Below, in pieces: positions 40,901 through 51,211 of a stretch of 64,000 bases of DNA. The stretch comes from Caecitellus pseudoparvulus (lineage: Eukaryota > Protista > Bigyra: Bicosoecida): the NCBI GenBank assembly GCA_965644315.1, contig CBFFRQ010000062.1, positions 434,001 through 498,000 on the forward strand, given 5' to 3'. Positions within the stretch are counted from its first letter, which is position 1. Each line of letters starts with the position of its first letter. The notes under the pieces are model-generated. The model was not told where the DNA came from, did not search any database, and was given only the letters and a program-made list of their open reading frames with translations. A program made the position numbers and the translations under genes.

Positions 40901-43812
40901 ACAAGTATTGACACTTGATCTTCCTTCGTCAGTGCGATGCCAAGCACTCGCTGCAGCTTGGCATCCTCGGCCAAAGTCTGCAGGTCGTGCACAGTGACAG
41001 AATTATCGGAGAGGGATTCCTCTATCGTATCCATGCACTCTTGCACGTACTCCCACACAAGCGACACGACGTCGGACAGGCTGCAACTCTCATCATCATC
41101 ATCATCGTCATCGCCATCATCCTGGGTCTGGCAAGCCACCCTCTGAACATTCAAGACAGGCAATGGCTTCCCGCCAAACTCCTCGTCCACAGACGCGAAA
41201 AGTCCGGTCCCCTCCATTGTACTCAGATGCATGCACACTTCATCAAACCCAGCCACACGGAGCAGCACCCACGGATTCGACCGTGGCAGCTCAAGCAGGG
41301 CAGCCACGCCCAGCATCAAGCGTGGCAGACATGCCGTACGCCGCTCACTGCCTCCACAGCCATCTTGAGTCAGCAAATTCATGATGGCGCGACCCTGTGA
41401 CTTCCCTTCTTGTGCAGCCCACCAATGGCGTGACAGGCGACCAGCAACAGCCGCAGCGAAAATTATGTACGCCCACGGCAGGCGGCCTGCCTCAGACCTC
41501 ACCTGGACCTGCTCAGCGGCATGCAGAGCCCTCATTGCCTCGCCATCAACACCAGCATGCTCGTGCGATCCCGCACACTTGCAGATTGTCTGGCAGCTGG
41601 TGTCCAGCACTCGGGCCAGCTCCGCTTCGAAGGCTTCAGACTGGGCTGCGCTTGTGGATGGCGTGAACACCTCCCGTGACAGCTCCACCACACGCTCGGA
41701 CAGCAGCAGCAAGTGTGTTGCGGTGAGAATGCGGTTGCTGAACCGTGAGCGAGCGGGGGCGCGCCGTGTGTTGGGAGGGAGGTTGGCCTCAGCACTGGCC
41801 AGCCAGGTCTCCAGGCACAGAAGCAAGCACTGCTGCTTGGATGGCGGGTCTTGTCCACGGGAGCACGTGGCCGCAACGACCAGTCCTGCGCCTGCTGCAA
41901 AAGCCACCAAGTCCCCTCCAGCACCGGAGCGAGCCTCGTACACACAGCAGTAACTGTAGAAGTGCCACATCCACTGTCCAACGAAGGCACACCTTTCCTC
42001 CAACGTGGGACACCGACTAGCCACCTGAATGGCCGAAGCAGGCGTCATTCCTACCATGCTACTGGGCTGCGCGGCAGATTCGCCAACAGCCGTCGCAAGC
42101 CTGTCATACCAGGCTTCCTGCTGCCAGGCCTCGGCGCTGCCGCTGGCCCCAAGCCAGGTCTCCATTTCACGAACGAAGTTGGCCGCGTGGTCTTCAGGAA
42201 CACCAAGGTGTGCCCCACGCAGCATGTCACGGAAGGCTTCACCACAGGCTTCAACCTGTGGAGCTGCTGACCCTGGGCCGACCTCCACAGCAGCACCTTC
42301 AGCTGCAGCATGGCCTCCACCTCGGCTCCGGGCCAGAGATTGCCCTAGCCCTTGCAGAGCCTCGGCCAAACACACCACATCGTCGCGTGCAAGGACACCC
42401 AGTCCAAACACGGTTGCGACAAGCCTGCGCATGTACTCCACGCGTGACTCAGCATCGGTGTTGAGCAAGATGCCTACAAAGGCGGGTTCAGCCAGCAGAG
42501 CCTGCAGCTCAGCCCACTGGACCCGCAAAGTCTGTCCAGCACTGCAAGCAGCCTCGAAGCGCCGCACGACAGCATCGAACATTGGAAGAAGTAGCTCGCC
42601 TTCAGGGAGGGAGAGGTGTTGCACACGCGCAAGAGCAAACAGGCAGCCCAGGAACTGTGCTGGCGCAAAGCCGGCGTGCAGCGACATGAAGTCTACCTGT
42701 GGCTCAAGCATCATAACCGTAACCAAGTCTTGGCTCGCGCTCTGATCCTCGAGCAAACCACACTTCTCCATGGACGCGCGCACACAGAAGAATACCAATG
42801 TCACAGCCAGCAGCTGGCGAGGAGTTCGCGACAGCACACGCTCGCCGGCACCTGTTGCTCGTTGCGGAAACAATATGCTGTACAGCGAAGCATCAAGAAC
42901 CTTCAAGGTATCGAGTTCTCCCAAAACTGCTTCTGCGATAAGCCTCAGCGCTGCTTCACAGGCGCTGCCATCTGGACCCAGCACTAGGGTCTCCATGTTC
43001 TGCAGCCACAGTGTGTGCGCAGTTGCTCCAGCCACAGCCGCACCTCGCAGCTTGGACCCATGCTGCTTGGCCAAGTCGGACATCTGCCCTGCAGCAAGCA
43101 CTGCCGGCAAGATCCTGATGTGCAGCATGAGGTTTCCACTTGTGCTGGGGCGCTGCAGGATGTCACTCAAGAGCTCACCGAGGGCGAGTGCACTTGAGGC
43201 GGTCTCCTCAGACGAAGGGCTATAGTAGCAAGCGTCAAGAGCCCACTTGCAGCGCTGGGAAATGCCGAGTACGGAACTCTGAAAAGCAGCATCGGGAGCA
43301 CATGCAGCCTCGAGCCACTGGCAGAGGTCGAGCACTGAGGTATGTGGCTGCCTGGCCTCAGTTGCCGCTCCCAAGGCGTTCAGAACGGACCCCGGTTGTT
43401 CAGAGGGCGTTGAGTCAGCACCATCTGATGCAGCACCCACTCCCAGTGCGGAGGGAATAGCAGGGCGGCCGCCTTCCTTCCTCGCGTACTTCCACCCCTT
43501 CCCAACGCGAAACGACCACAACCCATCCGCAGTCTCCCATTTCTTGTTGGTGAGAGTAATTGGGCCATACACTGACTCTAGCTGTTGAGTCAAGCGCCCT
43601 GTTCGAGGGTCGACGGCGTTGGAACTCGTGGAGCCGATGTACGCGTTCAGTTCATGGCAGAAGTTGAAGACTTCCTTGGTGCTCCCAGATCCCCATGATA
43701 CTGAGTACAGGACACGTCCATCTGTGTCAAGGAACCTTCCTCGAGTCTGGTCGAAGCGCACGCCGCGATGAAGCCCTCCTTCTTTGCCTTGCCCAGAAAC
43801 GGCCCAGGCCAT
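31903..43812 (-). CDS. RNF213/mysterin-like AAA+ ATPase, copy B (3,969 aa), lacking the putative E3 region
   Basis: Uninterrupted ORF paralogous to 8153-25714. The AAA motifs are present, while copy A 8747-14473 is replaced in frame by 54 nt (32497-32550). Confidence 0.85.
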   Translation of the reverse strand: MAWAVSGQGKEGGLHRGVRFDQTRGRFLDTDGRVLYSVSWGSGSTKEVFNFCHELNAYIGSTSSNAVDPRTGRLTQQLESVYGPITLTNKKWETADGLWSFRVGKGWKYARKEGGRPAIPSALGVGAASDGADSTPSEQPGSVLNALGAATEARQPHTSVLDLCQWLEAACAPDAAFQSSVLGISQRCKWALDACYYSPSSEETASSALALGELLSDILQRPSTSGNLMLHIRILPAVLAAGQMSDLAKQHGSKLRGAAVAGATAHTLWLQNMETLVLGPDGSACEAALRLIAEAVLGELDTLKVLDASLYSILFPQRATGAGERVLSRTPRQLLAVTLVFFCVRASMEKCGLLEDQSASQDLVTVMMLEPQVDFMSLHAGFAPAQFLGCLFALARVQHLSLPEGELLLPMFDAVVRRFEAACSAGQTLRVQWAELQALLAEPAFVGILLNTDAESRVEYMRRLVATVFGLGVLARDDVVCLAEALQGLGQSLARSRGGGHAAAEGAAVEVGPGSAAPQVEACGEAFRDMLRGAHLGVPEDHAANFVREMETWLGASGSAEAWQQEAWYDRLATAVGESAAQPSSMVGMTPASAIQVASRCPTLEERCAFVGQWMWHFYSYCCVYEARSGAGGDLVAFAAGAGLVVAATCSRGQDPPSKQQCLLLCLETWLASAEANLPPNTRRAPARSRFSNRILTATHLLLLSERVVELSREVFTPSTSAAQSEAFEAELARVLDTSCQTICKCAGSHEHAGVDGEAMRALHAAEQVQVRSEAGRLPWAYIIFAAAVAGRLSRHWWAAQEGKSQGRAIMNLLTQDGCGGSERRTACLPRLMLGVAALLELPRSNPWVLLRVAGFDEVCMHLSTMEGTGLFASVDEEFGGKPLPVLNVQRVACQTQDDGDDDDDDDESCSLSDVVSLVWEYVQECMDTIEESLSDNSVTVHDLQTLAEDAKLQRVLGIALTKEDQVSILVRDRLATLTNAKAKVQSLRAMALWYSELTLFGAGAGQARDAAPPPDDGSTVRDWLNFVELQQGGVVLSETSFRALKHFMDHKSVLFRDRLVREAITRRLAGQRHTGRGWDAAIEAVLEGLKKLLNMGDQKVSELGRSGTQGMGGGDDLPRGAHFGRELAAISSFFNDDQGGSSSDRPSVFQTQVANVRQATELLRMQDTLGAFREALGVLGCRDVEVACAPIRRAQSAKVSQVKAALANISAELGGLDLAIMQVIAALPSMSDFMQYLDEHSEDYAGQFELALQASTADTHLQGLLRHLPPLRQLAEAVLPARQASPLARGGMAAEGAGAAQVSIVDLVRAVDGVITSRASREDASGSGARSTRGAVAEALVGEIKALVDNWERVASALQRANREAANSNLLLLHREISGTGQFVSILDETGHRSGISLSYAIGGETSGTRVPWTPDQLLENITNAQVVGESGDDDGDAVQHILAAYDLAEEAHKVHLELASAGHPEYQPGGAAVPLNEVDTDSAESIVDKVRNRLELLEAQLDAWRGGTEEALYDCPALSALTPKLLLGLSQALQGFAGTQYEPRKAVQALLPYAMLCYPAMDALAQQAMCEKLEAQATGGFDEVARCLPWAAGVLARAMDVGAVPEDAGAVSVVLLRGKSLHYMCHKALEHHASVGAPLHPSQLYRCDPDATVADIEWLGRMLCSKAPFAPAVYCLGVDRLSAVARDALNRCLQSPDLSVEVYLLFGDVVGMRQFVAPAADTWWKKEPVPASVNQLRSLSWAAQHQAAGARHVSGADLVAGGPGSGKSFHISRSCEADGAKLIRVPVHEGFTVSHLIWQYKEVVQGLGESGGRVWMHFDVFEQADVGQLSQCLFDMFSLGLLRDMQSGEACVLDCSVQLHVAMELPALGETEFPAREAWPSAGAGGGVRAASHPLLAELDGHLAVKWRDSMRVVNMGDLHMDPTLRLCAVGLGLHMHAQGCGGDACRCLADACAEIRSSKFLPSMEGLADRLGDEALRDILAVALAEHPFLRGAADVNLRLVVQMAKLLETRLKYLQTMSDTAKKNPSQSSIRHECAKASFWYEMLSFMIYEVATTCGMFHGGLRVATIRPTPVESPEPVGGVFDFRVLVVYPSTCTLQEAKTLMRTLSLAPGSDNMVTYLSSDAQDGQGGFNMAQLRAGIAPAFGMRDTALLRPLLERNNFVLALRDSLRMLELHDWCVSGNSMVLAGDTGVCKSFLVNMYSLLRNSRDDVLFDMSLFLVTALRAFARVNLPRLQARLRQLQLEGRSIEAVSSDIAALSGILRIKGATYEVSPDLITVQVTNVPPVSPSWERVELTNDPRVVDLEHVMDVFESHASEELQNKLFDEVPILIQLALVQYPRQAAGIPAAHRERLQQNFNYFHTQGRVADVAELVKHMTETRVTFDAVSSVVEELSKQGQSVGGAGAGAAAAGEPGAAQPAAAGTDTFSQRLDFRVVFKSVFTSQTATLYSRVLMHAGMTASKWEAELKRIEATLADAEESVRRAPGHTAASAQLTMCVSVDELDTAGDLGIVCEAFTQHSVNGRKLPENLYFVGTINPKAMRGQLRRQAQGVVDYTRVQSAQAAAGAGQAAPPPDAPSTRQGSKDGEDGEDAYAPFIVKYLPASMRTMEKAAPDLQTEDEEAFLRMYVEQKAWQLPHVGQVTRGVKEQHERALEGFAQMAARLVLKAQETVRRFGLRRIHVSLRDLVRCVDLAAWLLQAGVRTGEKVAGQEVSVNPFLPKPSLRTDQDSVQFLRDLLKQSLLVSIAVCYLLRLPSRVEAERVNGHDSYRLAFLAAMDGVGQPDLVHGELQNTLNGAMEHLFSEIKKRPDGLAETAPMQEAVFTASLAVCVTPTFNVLTTGPPGCGKTMAVMIVADNFAGRSSQSAVLRRFPHMQIEHYQCSEVTTSEELQKVYQSAIQRQRIASTPGNATRVCVVIDEAGLPKERRQALKALHDVLEEKDGPPTILLSNSTLDAAKTNRSVHCSQGEVQQKDIVTLGMQLLLKDGSRKLVKELVDGVLTSAHPKYGDTSRQLELVRGICAAFQAESQRDALSGRFLSWFHLRDFVYLCRHIRHRLQDAGLHMLTADVLVGGLRCNMQTVSRIAGDREEFSRLVEAFLLKCQLGGLDGGAAHGGAAGQAGGRQHEPAALESLTDLLGQKYEGDPSKAHFRHALVVDRSNCEAGVDMLFDLGILDRGATTVISLSDFPDDQNPTNIAKTLRRVKQAAGSGETALLVNCPQSVFTALYDVFNRYYRSATYKGKKTYYADITIGAMSIPVHVHPAFKVVVHVPLSQLRHMPSPLLNRFSKFVLSARDALRSQLESLPQHIPPCFSGIRYKPGLQAFFHHLEEEVERFAGFVASGHPSLMFQGYTEAETVPALILRLLRQTQSMGTHFEVPPPFRMMDGSGDEGQPASASEAGAAGEEGVVGYSTAAAPDAGAEAGPECIVTKRLLASMERHVDACNAQLLQMARAGAFASGNRNGVFPSRYVTEYVARQEHFSGQRLLHGLLGSVRTAWQRAVSATREPSKSVSSACQFMVFARHSSGVAQLESCGASAEALLGCRVESLASLDLSRRAAVEGGIGGGAAADGAAVGAVAPQSAFVYSLSEAPSSTGIVDRISDFFELALHVAQQGCIEPSSELPSLVVCANMGSHTASQVNVVRQAIDSCQAAFQTRLRESEACRAWRSIPTPAVVIILYSPLQLASLGAAYNFVPLSSAWENVFVDGIDVVAEGERGDASGVRPGEQSHKWLAAAMGSPSADGGCDVGQELRASRKGASRQGVIGGAVCQKATFTVLELVQDETPQPWLTPGLFEARVEEVPFADVCDEAGEMSGSALLRVVRGLGMGQHVLVAHEDLNGGWEPIAARNQHALLPAVSGHLWSGTCRVYVSAVPILRVYKVLNEEGFPFDTTLHDANLQAYSGEVSVHAVPFDVAADADGAAIDAHIMTHVPGQLVCLYDYREGDWFDDIWEACEGKEKHGLAVVVTSE

Positions 43813-44303
43813 CCTGCGAAGAGATTACGAGGCGAAAAATGTCTACAGCTCGCTGCTTGTGCATGCTGTCCTCTTCACTGTGCCAGTGAACACCATACTG
43901 CCCTGTGCGATGAGCAGCAATGCGCACCAGCGAATAGCGCCAGTACATGCGATAATCAGGACCAGTGCTTGCCACATACGCAAGATGCACACACTGCCAC
44001 ACCAAGCACGCCGCAAACACGTCCATGTTACACACCTGACTTGGAGCGAGGTAGATCTACCGAGGGCGCCTCTTCTTGGGCCGCCGGTGGCTGGAGATGT
44101 TGGTGCGAGTGCGGAGCTTGCACTTCACCCTGCACGCGATGCGCAAGAGCTGCCCACAAGCCGGACCGATCGTGGTGCCAACCACGAGCAGCACGCAAGC
44201 GTAAAAGAAATCAAACTTGTCAGCTGATTCACCCACACTGCTGGTGTGCGGTGAGAGTTTTGAATTGTGGGGATGGTGTGAGGTCTGCGTTCCACCACGC
44301 CAA
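31903..44303. repeat. Segmental duplication unit B
   Basis: Homologous to unit A, with an offset of about 18,080 nt across the core. Confidence 0.95.
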
Positions 44304-44705
44304 GTGCAAGTTCCTCCGAGAGCAGTGCATGGTTGAAGGAGTGCACCACTGTGCTGGGAACGCCACCAATTTTGCGTGCGCAGCTTCACCATCGCACACG
44401 GCTTTTCATCACGTTTGATCGAAGTTCGTGCATCTCTGGGTTCCGACTGATCCTGTTGGAAGTGGATGGCTTGCATTCGGCGTGCAAACCACGATGCCAT
44501 GTGCTTGTGTGGTCAGGATTCAAGTGATTTGCCTTGTGCGGCCTACAAGGCCCCACTTCAAGCTGTATAGTAGTTCCCTAGTGCTGCTTTCAGGTGGATT
44601 GGGATTGAGCTTGGTGCCAGTAACACGAGTTCGCGGATTTCACAGCAGGCCGAGTCGCATCTATTCTTGAACTTACAAGCTCAATGTCAACTGGGAAGTT
44701 GCGCT

Positions 44706-47700
44706 TTAAGCACCGGGTGTGGTTGCCTCACCACTTTCCTGGGTTTCAGCGTGGTCAATGTCTCGCACCGCTGCTTCAGCAGCTACAAGGAGCGTGGCGG
44801 GCAGTGGAAGTGGCAAATGCACTGTCGTGCCCGCTCGCTCCCCTTCTCCCCTCGCGCTGTCAGGAACGCTGGTGTCATCTGGCAGGGCAGTGGCAGAAGC
44901 ATGACCACAGGCCACAGCGACGCAGCGCAGGAGGAACTCCACTGAGCGGGCGTGCACAGGGCCTCCGCTGCGCAAGCGAAGACCCAATCGCGCAAGAGTG
45001 CGTGCGAGGCCAGAAGTGGAGAATAAGTGCCCCAAGTCCAGCTCCGGCAGGCCTGATCGCGGCTTTGTGGAGTCTGCAGCACTACCGCCGTTTCTGGCTA
45101 ACGCCAGCTGCACTGCAACTGCCAGGACACCGCTACCGAATGGTTGTGCCGTTGCATCCGCTGCTGCGATCTGGCGGGGGGACACGCCCGGCATGCTGGG
45201 GAGCGGCACACCTGTTGCCGCACCAGCAGCTTGTGTGTGTCTCCTGGCCAGCAATGCTCGCCCAAGGGGCAGCAAAGCACCAGCCAAGCCAGCTGCGAGG
45301 GTTGGCAGGTGGGAGGCAGGGTCGAAGCCGAGTGGCTGTGCGACCTGGTCAAGGAGAGCCGCGAGTGCTCTGTAGGGAACATGCTGCACAACCTCTCCGA
45401 GAATGGCACAGGCACACCCTTGCTCCGAGCCAGTGGAGCTATCTGACCAGGTGGTTTGAGCGGCGAGGGCTGGCGACTCGGCAGGCGGAGGTGCTGCAGG
45501 AGACAAGTGTGCGCATGGGCCCACGAGCGCTTCTGCGACTTCCGCTCGTGCCGCCCACAGACCCAGGCGGCCTCTGAGTTCCTGTTTGACGGGGACACGG
45601 GCCGTACGGAACGCATCCCGCAAGTTTCGCCAATGCACTGTTCCACGGGGAGCTTTGGGGGCAGCGTTGGCGGCAGCCGCCGCGGCCCTGACACCAGCAA
45701 AGGTTGCGCCCCAGCGGGTGAGCAGGGAGGCAGCATCTGCTACAGGGCCTGTGGGTGTCGCACCGTCACTCGCCTCGGCAGCTGCGCTGAAGGCAATGAT
45801 GCGTTTCACGGCGCTTCCGAGCGCAGCTGCTCGCAGCGCAACCAGCGCACCTGCACTTGGAAGCGCCTCGCCATCTGCAGCTGGCAGCGCAGTGGCGCGA
45901 ACGTCCAAACCTTGCGACCAACGTGCCACCTCGTACAGTGCCCAAAAGTGCAGGGGAGGGGTGTCCTCTGCGTCTGAGGTGGGAGCTGGGCCTCGGGGCG
46001 TCACCTGTAAGGGATTCCCGTCCGGTGACACACCCAGCACGGTGCGCAGCTGTGCAATGCAGGTTCCGGCCTGAGCAGGGGACAAGCCGTCGGGAAACGA
46101 CTGCAACTGCAACGTGGGCCCGCCCTCTGCTGCCGGGCCTGTGGCTGCGGCCAGGCTGCTGGGCGTTATGGCACGCAGCTGCTGGCCACCTGCCGCCACC
46201 ACTTCTGAAATTGCTGTGAACAGCTGCAATAGCGGCAGCGGTGAGAGGGGGTGAGCAATGCGGCCTGTGGTGGCTCCAGCAAGTTCCTTGAGGGACTTGC
46301 CAACTGCCCAAATGAGGTCATGAAGGGGGGCAGGGAGGGGCAGCAGCCAGGGGGGGGGTGACTTCCGCCCTCCCTGCTCGCCAGCGGGGCCGAGAGACGT
46401 TTGCACGCCACCCGCTTCCTGATCAGGAGGATGGGCTGCAGTCGTGGGGGTGTCTGCCCCTCTCGCTGCGCCGCTGTGCGCCGCTGCTCTGGCTGCGAAA
46501 GCCGTCTGGTCAGGCGACGCCTCAGTTGGTGCCTCGCCGGGCAGTGCGTCAGGCGCGACAGCCTCAGCCTCTGGCTCGTCATCCGGCTCGTCAAGGTCGC
46601 CCGCCGCGGCATCCAGGGCTGCCGCAAAGACGCCTGCAGCGACGCCCGCAGCGGTGTCTGGGGGTGGCGTGCCGCCTCCACCTGCCCTCTCCTCCGCATG
46701 CACCTCCTCTGCCTCGTCCTCAGGTGCAGGTGCCTGGAACACCATGCCTGCGTCCGGGACAACGACGATGCCCAGGCCCTGCAACACCCCCACGGCGCCT
46801 CGCACGGGGACATACTCGCGAGACAGAGCTCGGAGGACCTCCTCTTCACCCCCTCCTGGTGAGGATAGGCCCCGTCGACGGGCATCCAGCACCGCGTCTG
46901 AGGCGGCGGTGTCGGCCGCGACCTGAAATCGCCGGAGGAGGTCTTTGGCCCAAGCGCCCAGAGAGGCATGCTTTGCGCCCCGAAGTGACAAGGATCGGCG
47001 CAGGAGCGCCTCGCCACCGGCAGCCACGGGCGTGGCGGGGGCCAGGAGCTGTATGAGCTCCTGCGCGCCCAGTGTGCCGGGGGTGGCGTCCGGAACACCG
47101 CCGACCTCGACGTCCTCCCTCCACTCAGAACACGCGACAAAGAGCCCTGCCAGGGTGCGGCGTGTGTCGCCACTGGTCACCTCCTCCGCCCAGGCGGGAG
47201 GGGTGCCTTCGGCTGGCGCCGCCATGCTGCCGATGGGTTCGGTCGCCAAGCCTGCCGGCATGTCGCATTCGCCGAGCAGGACGTCGGCGGCCTCTCCAGC
47301 TGTCAGTGCGCCACCTGGCCGCCCTGCCCGCTCTGCTGCCTGCAGAAGGGCCTCTCTCCAGGGGCGCGTGGGGAGGCCAGGCGTGGTGGATGCGAGAGGC
47401 CCACCCCCCGCCTCCATCAGCGCCACACCTTGTCGCAGAGCGACGACGGCGGTGTACATGGCCGGGTGCGCCGTGAGCAGGCGGGTGAGGGGGCGGAAGG
47501 CCACCCCCGTGATGGGGGCACCCCGCCCAGCCACTTGACGCCACAGGACGCCGACGCCCCGCAGGTGGGTGGAGAAGCGGCCAAAGACGCCGTTGGCCTG
47601 GGCTGCCGTAATTGCGTTGGGAGGGGGGGCCACGGTGAGGGCGTCAGCGGGCGCCGCTTGCCCGGCGGCGCGGAGGTGCCACGCGTTCAGCAGGGCCGGT

Positions 47701-50700
47701 GCGCGGGCATCCCACGCCACCGTCACCTTCACCTGTCCAACCGTCACTCCGCCGGCGCCCGGTGACGTGACATCGAACCACCCCCGCACGGCGCCCCCCT
47801 CTGCAAGCGGCTCCAGCAGCACAGAGGCGGTGCCCAGCAGTCCTGCCTCGGCAGCCGTGAGTGGTTCCTGGTCGGCACTTGCGACCCCTGCTGCCTCGGC
47901 AGGTCGCACAGCGTCGTCCCATAGCAGGAGACGAAGGGGCTGGCTGCGCAGTGCTGTGAGGGTGGCGCCTGACACCGCCAGGGGCAGGGCTGACGTCTCT
48001 GCGAAGACAGGCGCATGGGACGACCGGACGACCCCCGTGAACACGGGCCAGGGGCCTGTGACGGAACACGGCAGGGCGTACTGTACATAGGCGGAGGGGG
48101 GCTGCCCCTGAGGCGTGACCAGGCGCCGCGCCTCTTCCACCGTCACCAGCAAGTACGCCACGCCCTCTGCGCCAGCCAGGGCGGTGGTGAGGGAGGGGGC
48201 ACCCCCCCCCTCACCCCCCTGCCCCCTCGGCACGCCTGAGGCATCCACTTCCCCACCCCCTCCCGCCCCTGCCCTGCTCCAGGCAGCCATGGTGGAGGCG
48301 AGGGCTGCCTCGGCAGTGGGGTCTGACGCCAGCAGCCCCCCCCACGCCTCTCGCAGCGGCAGCGCTAGCCGCACCTCCACCTGCAGTGAGCCGATGACGG
48401 CGCCCGCCGCCGCCCCAGTGCCGTTGGAGCGAACGGGAAGCCCAGCGCTACGCAGGGCGCCGGAGCGGGAGGTGAGCAGGCGGAAGAGGGGCAGGGGCGC
48501 GTGCCCGATCACTGCGAAGTCTGCGCCGGTCGCGACTGCGACCTCCACCCCCACCACGCCGCCGGGGCTGGCCAGGTGGCGCAGGAACCAGTCGTCGGCG
48601 GTGACGCCGAAGGCGGCGGAGAAATTGTAGGCGGGCGTGACGCCGCCACACAGCGGGGACGCCTGCGTCTCGAAGTCCAAGAAGTCCAGCATGACGAGGG
48701 AGGCAATGCTGGAGGGGGGTGGAGGCCCCCCTCCACCCCCCCCTCGCTTGGCGCCAGCCACCAACGCCTCTGCCCGAAGCGACGCGTCGACGATGTACAC
48801 CTCCAGGAGGTTCTCGCCCGGCTCCAGGGAGGGCAGGTCCAAGTCGTCCCAGCCCGCCTCGGCGCCCGGCGTGCTCTCCACGAGGCCGGACGAGTCACTG
48901 GCTGCGGCGGTGGTGGGCGACAGGCGCGTGCCGGTGGCAAGGGCAGCGTCGCCCTCTCCACCCCCCCCTCGCCGGCGGCCAGCTCGCAGCGTGCGCACTT
49001 CAGCCTCCAGAATGGCCACACGGGTGGAAGCCTTGGAGGCGCGGGCGTCGGCTGCGGCGAGGGCTGCGCGGAGTTTCGCCACTTCACTTCCCTTGGCGCT
49101 GCGCAGGTCGTCCACTTCCTCGGACAAATCCCGCGCCAGGGCAGACTGCGCGCCCAGCATGCGCTCAGCACGCTCCAGGTCGCGGTGGGACGACAGCAGC
49201 TGCAGCTGCAGCGTCTGCACTTGCTTGCGCAGGCCGGGAATGTCGTCGTCTGCGGCGGCGGCGAGGGCGCCACCGTCCAGCTTGCGCCGCACTGCCGCAA
49301 GGGCTGCTTCCAACTCGTCGGGAGGAATGACGGCTGCGTCCATGCCGAGCAGGGCACCCTCGCCACTGCCTGGCCCGCCACCATTCTCGCCGTACTTCAA
49401 CACGCCCGCGTACAGCGCCAGCTTGTCTCGCAGCGCCGTGGTGGAGGTGGCAGCAGCACGGGCAGCGGCGCGCAAGGCGGCGTTTTCGCTCTCAAGACGC
49501 TCCACTGTCCCTGCCAGCGTGTCCTTGATGTTGCGCAGCTCAGCCACCTCAGCGCCCTGTGCCGCCACGGTGCTGCGCAGGTATGCCAGCTGCCCCTCCG
49601 CCGCCTCTGCCCCTGCCCGTGCCGTGGCAGCGGCCTTCCGCAACGCAGCAACATCTGCGCCTTGCCTCAGGAACGGCGACTCCAGCAGGGCAACCTTCTC
49701 CTCCTCCAGCGCTGCTACACGTGACTTCAAAGCTGCACACTCGTCGGCTGCTTCCTCGGCCCGGGCCAAGCGAGCGCGCAGTGTCTCCAGGCTGCCGGTG
49801 GCGTTGGCGGCCTGTGCGCGTGCAGCTCGCAGTTCCGCAGATGTCTTCTGCAGCTCCTCCACTGTGCTGTCGTACACGCGGCGCTCTGCGGCTTGGTACG
49901 CTTGCAGGGAATCCAGTCGCCCTTTCAACAGCGACGCCTGTGCCTCTCTGTCTCGCAGCGCCACGCGAAGGCTCTCACCCTCGGCCGCTGCCAGGGCTGA
50001 ACTGCGTGCTGCTTCGCGTGAGTCTGTGGCAGCTGTCGCACCAAGGCGGCGGGTGAGCTCGGCATTCTCCGCTGCCAAACGCTGCACCTGGGCCTCTGCT
50101 TCCTCCACTTTGCTTTCCAGCGCGGCCAGCGCGGCAGTAGGAGGTGGCGGCTGAGGGGCAGTGGCGGGGCGGGGAGCGACCTTCACGCCCCCGCGGCCCC
50201 TGCCACGCCCCCCCCCTCGCTGGGAGGAGGAGGCAGGGCGCTGTCGGGACTCCCACGCCTTGCGGGTCGTTTGCCGTGCAGGCACAGAGGTCCGTGAAGA
50301 GCGCAAGAGTGACTCGGGCGTGACGCCCTTCACCTTCGCCTTGTGCCGGAGCGACTCCTTGGCGCGCCGGAGCTCTTCATACAGGCTCTTGTACTTGCGC
50401 TTGAGGCGACTATTCTCCTCCCGCAGCGCAGCCGCTTGGGTTGCCTCCTCAACCAGCTCCTCAGCTGTGCACGGAGAAGGAGGTGTGCAAGTGTGTAACG
50501 GAAGCGTAACGCCGGCCCGCACGGGCCACGGGCGCTTGGCTGCAGAGCCGCACTCACATGGACCATCCACGCCCTCCTTGCGCATGTGTTTGCGCAGAAC
50601 CTCCAACTTTGCATCACCACTGTGCAGGCGCAGCGTAGGCGTGCCCCTCCTGCGTCGCCGCTTCGCTCAGGCAGGCGAGGGGCCACGGCTCGCCCCTGCA

Positions 50701-50826
50701 GCTCAAGGCCACTCACATCCGCACAACTTCTTGCAGCGCTGACACCTCCTTCTTCAGGGCCAGGTTTTCGTCTTGCATGCGCAGGAGCCTGTCCTCCAGC
50801 GCCTCGGCACGCGCTGCTGCAGCCAT
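44706..50826 (-). CDS. RPGRIP1L: RPGRIP1L/fantom-like ciliary transition-zone protein (coiled coil + C2 domains)
   Basis: First exon MAAARAEALEDRLLRMQDENLALKK, a long coiled coil, the C2 signature GENLLEVYI...DFLDFETQASPL..GVTPAYNF...DDWFLRHL, and a second C2 domain. Intron at 50465-50557. Confidence 0.8.
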
Positions 50827-51211
50827 GATGCTGTGCAGCGTTGGTTTGGGGTCGTTTCTGCCTCAGGAAGCCCCCACAAGCCCGTGCACGTGGAGCCCAA
50901 AGCCAAAGCACAGATTCCCTGTGCTCTGAGCCCTTGATTTGGGGCAGCCGTCCAGGCGGTGAAGGTCGCGCCTGGAGCGCCTGGCAAGGCTGCTGGCCTG
51001 GGGAGGAGCGATTTCCGCAGTGCCCAACGGTCGAACCGAGTGACGCAGGCTGCAGGCAACAGCCCACCAAGCGCGGCGTGTGAAATACTGCACAGCCAGG
51101 ACGCTGCAACAGCGCGCCTTCACTCGAACCGTGGACTGAAAATTTGTGCAAGCCGGGGGGTGCTCAAGGCAGCGCTCTGAAGAGTGCATTGGTGTGTGGG
51201 GGTCAGGGAGC

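Noticed and set aside
31903-44303. Copy B as an uncollapsed haplotype or a pseudogene
   Set aside because: The flanks are different genes, divergence is substantial in patches, all indels keep the frame and there are no internal stops. Read-level confirmation is still needed.
8153-44303. Giant ORFs as a transposon or endogenous virus
   Set aside because: No transposase, integrase, polymerase or capsid motifs, and no terminal repeats or target-site duplications were seen.
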